Of a DNA stretch of 51,365 nucleotides, positions 45,070 through 51,365 are shown one piece after another. The notes beneath the pieces were generated by a model. The model was not told the DNA's origin. It searched no databases and saw only the letters and a list, made by a program, of their open reading frames with translations. A program made the position numbers and the translations under genes. The stretch is from NCBI GenBank assembly GCA_027492935.1, contig JAPUDU010000206.1:4291-55655 (forward strand). The letters are read 5' to 3'. Source of the DNA: Fimbriimonadaceae bacterium. Its GTDB lineage: Bacteria; Armatimonadota; Fimbriimonadia; Fimbriimonadales; Fimbriimonadaceae. Positions within the stretch are counted from its first letter, which is position 1. Every line of letters starts with the position of its first letter.

Positions 45070-47412
45070 TTGGTACGCGACGCACTCATTCACATCATTT
45101 CTCAAGCCGTTGAAGATTTGTTGAAAAATCAAGTAATTGACCAATCAGTCAAGCTAATTTCGGTCGAAATCGAACCCCCTAAACAAGCCGATCACGGCGA
45201 TTTCGCCACCAATTTCTGCCTCGTCGCATCAAAAGCCGCCAAAACAAACCCCCGCGCCCTCGCCGAAACCCTCCTCCCCGCTATCCTCGCTGCCGATATT
45301 GACCTCAGCAAAAAAGGGTGGCCCGTTAACAAAGGAAATCAAGGTGCCACTGATGGAACCAGTGATCCAAGTCATCCCGGCGAAGGCCGGGATCCAGTCC
45401 AAGAAATTCCAGGTTTACTCCGTCCCAATCTCGGAGGCGGTCAACAAAGTGCCATCCTCTCCGCCGATATCGCCGGGCCAGGATTCATCAACTTCAAACT
45501 CAACCCCGCCTGGGCCGCCCAGTTCTTAACCGAAGTAATCAATAACCCTGAAGAGTTCTACAAGCCCAAAAACAACCAACCCCAAAAAGTCAACGTCGAA
45601 TTCGTCTCCGTCAACCCGAACGGCCCCATCACTATCGGCTCCGGCCGCGGCGCCGCTTTCGGCTCCGCCCTCTGCAACGTCCTCGAAGCCGCCGGCAATA
45701 CCGTCCACCGCGAGTACTACATCAACGACGGCGTCAACTCCGAGCAGATGCGCCTCTTCGCTGAATCGGTCAAAGCCATTATCGAAGGCCGCCCCGTCCC
45801 CGATAACGGCTATAAAGGCGACTATGTCCACGAAGTCGCAACAACACTTACTAACTGGGACTCTCTATTACGTATTAAATCAGAGCTTGAGAACTTGAGA
45901 AATCAGTTGTTACCCAAGCTCTATACCGGAGAGGTTGTGCCGCATCCTGAAGAACCACTCCTTGATGGAGTTGCGCTTGACCATCTTGACAAGTGGGCTA
46001 ATAGAATTGAAGTTATTCGAAGTTTAATGGAGCGTGTTGAAGCTGATTCAACAGTATTTGTCACATTACCGCTTGCACAACAAATCGAAATATGCACAGT
46101 TATCATGACTGCGGTTCAAAGAACTGCCCTCTCCACATTCCAAGTTAACTTCGACACCTGGTTCTCCGAACAATCCCTCCACGATTCCGGCACAGTTGAA
46201 CAAGAACTCCAACACCTCATCGCCAACGGCGTCGCCGACGACCAACCCATTCGAACCAAAGTCGTCATGGCCAAGGGCGGAATCATCAAAGAAGTCCTCA
46301 AAGAAAACCAACCCATCGACGAAGAAGACGTAGATAATGCCGAAGGATGCCCTCCCCAAGATTGGGGAGGGCAGGGCGGGGTTGACGAAAACCAAAGTGC
46401 CGCTGGCGAAGCCATTGTCCAATCAAACAAAACCATCTGGCTCCGATCAACCAAATTCGGCGACGACCAAGACCGCGTGCTCAAACGCAAAGATGGCCGC
46501 CTCACCTACATCGCCAGCGACGTCGCCTATCACAAAGACAAGTTCAACCGCCCCGCGAATGGCGACAAACTCATCACCGTCCTCGGCCCCGACCATCACG
46601 GCTACATCGCCCGCCTCACCGCCGTAGTCGCCGCCATGTTCAGCGACCAAGTCGAACCCCTCGACAACCCCGAACCGCTCAACGAACACGAAGCCCTCAT
46701 CTACGACAGCGTCGCCGACCGCAACCAATGCCAAGCTGCTCTCGCCTGGGCAAAGCAACACCTCGAAGTCCAAATCTTCCAGCTCGTCCGCTTCCTCAAA
46801 GACGGAAAGCCCGCGCCCATGCGCAAACGTGACGGCAACATCTACGCGCTCATCGACCTCATCAACGAAATCGGCGCTACCCTCAAACCCGAAGGAACTG
46901 AAAAAGAAAAACAGCAAGCCGGATCAGATGTCGCCCGATTCTTCTATCTCATGCGCCATCACGACACCGCGATGGATTTCGACCTCGAGCTCGCCACCAA
47001 GCAGTCCGACGAAAATCCCGTCTTCTATGTCCAGTACGCCCATGCCCGCATCTGCAGCGTAATCGAAAAAGCATTACAGGCTTTCCCTCAAGATTCACAG
47101 AATCAAAGCGGAGTCGATTTAGCTCAACTCCAACACCCCAAAGAACTCACCCTCATCCTCAAAGTCCTCGACCTCCAAAACGAAGTTGCTCGTACTGCCG
47201 AGGACTACAGCGTTAACCGGCTCACCACCTACGCCATCGAACTCGCCCGCACCTACCACAGCTTCTACGATAGTTGCCGCGTCATCCAGCCCGATCAAGC
47301 CGAGCTCAGCCAAGCCCGTCTTGCTCTCTGCCGCGCTACACGCATCGCTCTGCAATCCGCTCTCAAACTCCTCGGAGTCTCCGCTCCAAACCGAATGGAA
47401 CGGTCAGTCTAA
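45070..47412 (+). CDS. argS: Arginyl-tRNA synthetase with multiple insertions
   Basis: HGDFATN, IAGPGFINF, VEFVSVNP, REYYIND, FDTWFSE, GDDQDRVL, YVQYAHARICS, LGVSAPNRM; 780 aa against the usual ~550-590. Confidence 0.93.
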   Translation: MVRDALIHIISQAVEDLLKNQVIDQSVKLISVEIEPPKQADHGDFATNFCLVASKAAKTNPRALAETLLPAILAADIDLSKKGWPVNKGNQGATDGTSDPSHPGEGRDPVQEIPGLLRPNLGGGQQSAILSADIAGPGFINFKLNPAWAAQFLTEVINNPEEFYKPKNNQPQKVNVEFVSVNPNGPITIGSGRGAAFGSALCNVLEAAGNTVHREYYINDGVNSEQMRLFAESVKAIIEGRPVPDNGYKGDYVHEVATTLTNWDSLLRIKSELENLRNQLLPKLYTGEVVPHPEEPLLDGVALDHLDKWANRIEVIRSLMERVEADSTVFVTLPLAQQIEICTVIMTAVQRTALSTFQVNFDTWFSEQSLHDSGTVEQELQHLIANGVADDQPIRTKVVMAKGGIIKEVLKENQPIDEEDVDNAEGCPPQDWGGQGGVDENQSAAGEAIVQSNKTIWLRSTKFGDDQDRVLKRKDGRLTYIASDVAYHKDKFNRPANGDKLITVLGPDHHGYIARLTAVVAAMFSDQVEPLDNPEPLNEHEALIYDSVADRNQCQAALAWAKQHLEVQIFQLVRFLKDGKPAPMRKRDGNIYALIDLINEIGATLKPEGTEKEKQQAGSDVARFFYLMRHHDTAMDFDLELATKQSDENPVFYVQYAHARICSVIEKALQAFPQDSQNQSGVDLAQLQHPKELTLILKVLDLQNEVARTAEDYSVNRLTTYAIELARTYHSFYDSCRVIQPDQAELSQARLALCRATRIALQSALKLLGVSAPNRMERSV
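45371..45397. repeat. REP/RPE-like palindrome inside argS
   Basis: GTCATCCCGGC-GAAG-GCCGGGATCCAG. Confidence 0.7.
46348..46383. repeat. C-rich/G-rich palindrome with G-rich tail inside argS
   Basis: TGCCCTCCCCAA-GA-TTGGGGAGGGCA followed by GGGCGGGGTT. Confidence 0.75.
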
Positions 47413-47417
47413 TTTAG

Positions 47418-47470
47418 CCCCCATTTCCCTAGAAGAATCTAGGGAAATGGGGGTCGGGGGGGGTGTGGGT
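47418..47470. repeat. Palindrome with 16-bp arms and G-rich tail at the argS/ndh junction
   Basis: CCCCCATTTCCCTAGA-AGAA-TCTAGGGAAATGGGGG followed by TCGGGGGGGGTGTGGGT; contains the ndh stop codon. Confidence 0.8.
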
Positions 47471-48703
47471 CTTGCTAACCCCGAGCAGCCACCCACTCCG
47501 GAATATCAACCGCGCCCCACGTTGATAACTCAAATAACTGTAAACCCACTGAATAAACACCATCATCCGATTTCGAGAACCCATCAACTTAATCAAGTGA
47601 ATAAAAAGCCAGGCTAACCACGCTGCAAGACCAGTCAGTCTTAAATTTCCACGTTCAACCACCGCCTTGCTTCGCCCGATCGTGGCCATAGAACCCGGAT
47701 CATGATAAACAAAATTCCCCGATTCTTCCCCCAAAATCCGCCGACCCACATAATCACCTTGCTGAATCGCCACCGTCGCCACCCCAGGCAACATCGATCC
47801 ATCCTCTGCCTTAAATGCCGCCACATCCCCAATCACATAAACATCATCCATAAATGGCACTTGGCAGTGACCATTCACCAAAACCCGACTCTGACGATCA
47901 ACCGGCGCATGAAGCCATTCACCAACTGGCGTGCCTGCCACCCCCGCGGCCCAAACAACCACCCGGGAATCAATCTTCCTACCATCAACTTCCACCCCAT
48001 CCGAATCAATCTTAGTCACTGGCTGACCAAGCAACACTGTCACCCCCATCTTCCTCAAGTCTGTCAACGCTTTTCGGCTCAACTCTTCATCAAACGAACT
48101 CAAAAGCCGCTTCCCCGCTTCAATCAAATAGATTTCCGTCTTTTCCGGATCGAACGATCTAAAATCGTCCGGCAAAATTCTCCGCGCTAATTCCGCAATT
48201 GAACCCGCCATCTCCACCCCCGTTGGCCCCCCACCAATAACGACCAAACTAATCTTTTCCACCCCACTTGTCTCTGCCCGCTCAAACTCCTCCAAAATAC
48301 GGTTCCGGATCTCTGTCGCCTCTGAAAGCTCCTTCAACCCAATCGCATGCTCCGCCCACTCCGGATGCCCAAACCACCCATGCGTCATTCCTGTCGCTAC
48401 GATCAAGGCATCATAAGTTTCTTCCCCACCTTCATATCGAACAACCTTTCTCCCAACATCAACCCCCTTAACCTCATCCATAACCACCCGAACATTCTTC
48501 TGCCGCCGAAAAATGCTCCGAATCGGCCAAGCAATGTTCGCCGGTGAAAGCCCCGCAGTCCCTACTTGATAAAGCAACGGTTGAAACAAATGGTGATTCT
48601 GACGATCAATTAAAACAATATCAAATTTTGACTTTTGTAGCCGCTTCGCCACCGCAATCCCCCCAAATCCTCCCCCAATAATAACCACCTTGCGATGTTC
48701 CAT
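47429..48703 (-). CDS. ndh: Type II NADH dehydrogenase (NAD(P)/FAD oxidoreductase)
   Basis: GGGFGG, NHHLFQPLLYQV, GGGPTGVEMAG, WAAGV, GSMATIGR. Confidence 0.92.
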   Translation of the reverse strand: MEHRKVVIIGGGFGGIAVAKRLQKSKFDIVLIDRQNHHLFQPLLYQVGTAGLSPANIAWPIRSIFRRQKNVRVVMDEVKGVDVGRKVVRYEGGEETYDALIVATGMTHGWFGHPEWAEHAIGLKELSEATEIRNRILEEFERAETSGVEKISLVVIGGGPTGVEMAGSIAELARRILPDDFRSFDPEKTEIYLIEAGKRLLSSFDEELSRKALTDLRKMGVTVLLGQPVTKIDSDGVEVDGRKIDSRVVVWAAGVAGTPVGEWLHAPVDRQSRVLVNGHCQVPFMDDVYVIGDVAAFKAEDGSMLPGVATVAIQQGDYVGRRILGEESGNFVYHDPGSMATIGRSKAVVERGNLRLTGLAAWLAWLFIHLIKLMGSRNRMMVFIQWVYSYLSYQRGARLIFRSGWLLGVSKTHTPPDPHFPRFF

Positions 48704-48774
48704 CTCCTCAGTTCTACGCTATAAACGAAACAGCCCACGGACTACATGCTTAGCGAGACCTATTGAAATGGAGA

Positions 48775-48800
48775 AATCCCCCTCAAAACTGAGGAGGATA
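48775..48800 (-). terminator. Possible terminator after the PEP-CTERM gene
   Basis: ATCCCCCTCA-AAAC-TGAGGAGGAT, an imperfect hairpin with a short U-tract. Confidence 0.45.
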
Positions 48801-48820
48801 GGAATGGCTCACTAAGGCGC

Positions 48821-49432
48821 TTACTTACGGCGCTTTCGAACAATTGCAGCTAAAGCGGCGCTTCCAAGAATCACCATTGTCGCAGGTTCCGGAACACCCT
48901 CTGTCACTTTGCTCGAAAGCCCACCATTAATCCCTTGAATGTGCATCAAAGAACGAACCGGAGTTCCTCCACTTGAAAGAGCGTTAAAGTTCGCCGTACT
49001 CAATCCAGTTCCAATCAACTTGATCGTAACCGAATCACCTGCCAAAAGCCGTTGTGCACCACTGCCAGCATTACTTGTATTGAAATCAACGGCAAAATCA
49101 AATGTTGTTCCCGCATCAGTTGCCGAACCTGTCGAAACCGAATTAAAAGTCGCCGTTTTGCCTGCAATTGCCGATGCAGTAATTCCGCTCACTGTGGGTT
49201 CAAGATTCAAACGAAGCAAACTAACAAATTGGCCAGACGCACTTGTCGCGTTATGGTTTACGACCAGATCAACCGTATTCACTCCATTGTCTGTCAGAGT
49301 AACCGAAGCCCAAGGTGTTCCTCCACCTGGTGTGGCGCCCGTATAAACCAAGTTATAGTCAAATGTCAAAGTTGCCGCTTTTGCAGTAACCATCATAGCC
49401 ATCAATCCAACAATGATTGAAATTCTTTTCAT
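48821..49432 (-). CDS. PEP-CTERM sorting domain surface protein
   Basis: Signal peptide, Ser/Thr/Gly-rich body, C-terminal VPEPATMVILGSAALAAIVRKRRK. Confidence 0.92.
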   Translation of the reverse strand: MKRISIIVGLMAMMVTAKAATLTFDYNLVYTGATPGGGTPWASVTLTDNGVNTVDLVVNHNATSASGQFVSLLRLNLEPTVSGITASAIAGKTATFNSVSTGSATDAGTTFDFAVDFNTSNAGSGAQRLLAGDSVTIKLIGTGLSTANFNALSSGGTPVRSLMHIQGINGGLSSKVTEGVPEPATMVILGSAALAAIVRKRRK

Positions 49433-49681
49433 AATTCTCTCCTATCAGGCATCAACGCCTTGAATACTTTTCATTCAGTCACCTGAATAAAAGTTCAATC
49501 GCACTGTAACTGAAAAATCGCTCTTGCGCATTGAATTGACGCTATTTTCCCTACAAAAACCAGCAAATAAACCAGTAAATAATTATCAGCTTATTAGTGA
49601 ATAACTTGATAATTCGCTTAATCAATTAAGCGTTTTATCAAATATAAAAATGTCAAATGTCCTTATTCACCTCATGGAAAT

Positions 49682-50686
49682 TTAGCTACCCAATCCCATA
49701 TCCGAACTGTGCCCGGGGAACAACTTCGCCGACGGGTCAATCAAAGTCTTCGCCACGCAAACCGCCGTCGCCGCTTCCCCAACTCCCGTCGCAATCAGCT
49801 TCAATTTGCCATCAAAAGTACAAACGTCACCCACTGAAAATACACCCGGCAAATTCGTTTGGAACAAGTGATCAACGACAATTTGATTCTTCTCAATCGT
49901 TAGCCCCCAATCTTTCAACGGCCCCAACGAACTCTTAAAACCAATATTCACAATCACCGCATCACACTCCACATGGCGGCACTCCTTGGTCTGCGTATCC
50001 TCCAAAGTGACCCCTGTAATATGATCTTCACCGTGTAACTCTTTGACCACTGTAAACAAGGCAAACTCACAGTCCGTCTGCTCTAGCTGTTTCACCGTCT
50101 CGTCATGCGCTCTGAACCGATCATTGCGGTGTACAAGCATCATCGAAGCCGCATCCGGATGCAAAGCCAATGCCCAGTCAAATGCCGAATCCCCGCCACC
50201 AACAACTACACACTTCTTGCCCTTAAACATCGCCTTATCCCGCACACCATAAGTCAAACCCTTGTGCTCAAAGTGATCTTCCCGATCAACTCCAATCTTA
50301 GTAGGCGAAAACGCACCCGCTCCAGCACTAATCACAACCGTCCGAGTCGGCCACTCCTGACCATCACCCGTAATGACAACCATCTCATCGCCCCGGCGTT
50401 CCAAAGTCTCTGCGACCCGACCCAATACGATATCCGGCCCAAATCGACCCGCTTGCTGAACCAAGCTTGCCGCCAAATCTTTCGCCAAAACCTCAGGGAA
50501 ACCAGGCATATCATAAACATATTTTTCCGGATAAAGCGCTGTGAGCTGCCCCCCCAAATCCGGCAATGAATCAATAATCCGAACGCTCATTCCACGCAAA
50601 CCTGCATAGAATGCCCCGAACAAACCAACCGGGCCACCGCCAATAATTGTTACATCAACCGTACTCACGTCCGCGAGTAAACCCAA
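49682..50686 (-). CDS. Ferredoxin-NADP+ reductase, thioredoxin-reductase-like (YumC type)
   Basis: GGGPVGLF, LGGQLTALYPEKYVYD, GGGDSAFDW, KLKLIATG, PGHSS; no redox CxxC. Confidence 0.88.
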   Translation of the reverse strand: MGLLADVSTVDVTIIGGGPVGLFGAFYAGLRGMSVRIIDSLPDLGGQLTALYPEKYVYDMPGFPEVLAKDLAASLVQQAGRFGPDIVLGRVAETLERRGDEMVVITGDGQEWPTRTVVISAGAGAFSPTKIGVDREDHFEHKGLTYGVRDKAMFKGKKCVVVGGGDSAFDWALALHPDAASMMLVHRNDRFRAHDETVKQLEQTDCEFALFTVVKELHGEDHITGVTLEDTQTKECRHVECDAVIVNIGFKSSLGPLKDWGLTIEKNQIVVDHLFQTNLPGVFSVGDVCTFDGKLKLIATGVGEAATAVCVAKTLIDPSAKLFPGHSSDMGLGS

Positions 50687-50741
50687 ACCATCACAAGAGC
50701 CCTAAACAAAACCGGGCACAATGAACCGACAGACCCCCCAA

Positions 50742-51365
50742 ATGCTCACTAGCCTCATACTTGCCGCCTCAATATCCAAACCCCTCATCCTTGCTCACTA
50801 CATGCCGTGGTACCAAGCACCACCCAAAAGCAAAACCTACGGCTGGCATTGGACAATGAACCACTTTGAACCCGCCGAGGGCACAATCGCCTCCCATTTC
50901 ACTCCCCAAATTGGCCCGTACGATTCCAGCGATCCTCATGTCATCGAATACCAAATCCTCACGATGAAAATTGCCGGCATCGATGGCGTAATCATCGATT
51001 GGTACGGCACAACAAACACCTACGACTACAAACAAATCCACGAAAACACTTCCCTCTTTATCTCAATCGCCGAAAAACTTAACTTCAAATTCGCTATCTG
51101 CTATGAAGATCAATCGATCAAAAATTCAATTGAGCAAGGCCAAATCAAACCTACACAAGTTCTAGCCGAATTCAAAAACACAATCGCCTTTCTCAAATCC
51201 ACATGGTTCAAATCCCCCAACTACGTTAATCTCAACAACGAGCCAATCCTTTTGATCTTTGGCCCTCAATTCCTTACAAAAGATCAAATTCAACCCGAAA
51301 CAGCCAGCATCCAGACTTTCGGTGTCCTCGGCAACCACGATTTTATTACAGGCGGCTTCGGCTGG
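50742..51365 (+). CDS. Glycoside hydrolase family 99/71-like protein, truncated by the window end (not in the ORF track)
   Basis: Hand translation: MLTSLILAAS...LAHYMPWY...WHWTMNHF...IASHFTPQIGPYDSSDPHVIEYQILTMKIAGIDGVIIDWYG...FAICYED. An in-frame ATG at 50721 is an alternative start. Confidence 0.8.
   Translation, partial: MLTSLILAASISKPLILAHYMPWYQAPPKSKTYGWHWTMNHFEPAEGTIASHFTPQIGPYDSSDPHVIEYQILTMKIAGIDGVIIDWYGTTNTYDYKQIHENTSLFISIAEKLNFKFAICYEDQSIKNSIEQGQIKPTQVLAEFKNTIAFLKSTWFKSPNYVNLNNEPILLIFGPQFLTKDQIQPETASIQTFGVLGNHDFITGGFGW

Noticed and set aside
45840-46125. Intein or self-splicing intron in argS
   Set aside because: No Cys/Ser...His-Asn intein termini, no homing endonuclease motif and no recognisable intron structure; the frame is continuous.
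435-51041. Many short antisense or overlapping ORFs in the track (e.g. 40917-41519, 43238-43735, 50769-51041)
   Set aside because: They are shadows of well-supported genes with no recognisable motifs; 50769-51041 is antisense to the GH99-like gene.

Overview
Bacterial chromosomal window from a diderm organism. An Armatimonadota/Fimbriimonadia-like origin is my inference from the gene mix (PEP-CTERM protein, KdsD, PASTA kinase, secretin) and was not tested. About 32 kb (12683-44839, minus strand) encodes a retractile type IV pilus machinery: pilB, pilT, pilC, pilD, a 305-aa pilin, three giant minor pilins (about 690, 747 and 1081 aa), two giant secreted beta-rich proteins (1591 and 2334 aa), pilMNOP-like genes, a stand-alone secretin-N-domain protein with an FG-repeat tail, and the secretin. 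It runs on into aroK, aroB, a PASTA pseudokinase, rpe and ribD. The flanks hold housekeeping genes (rplU, rpmA, kdsD-like, arginase, pdxT, argS, ndh, FNR), a clostripain-like lipoprotein, a frameshifted GAF-GGDEF gene, a PEP-CTERM protein and a partial GH99-like gene. The most notable observations are the oversized pilus tip/secretin architecture, an argS with several in-frame insertions (palindromic elements, a duplication-flanked insert, an HsdS-like AT-rich segment) and an altered HIGH motif, a candidate ECF-promoter sRNA, and several proteins lacking expected catalytic or cofactor residues. All calls come from reading motifs by eye; no searches were run.
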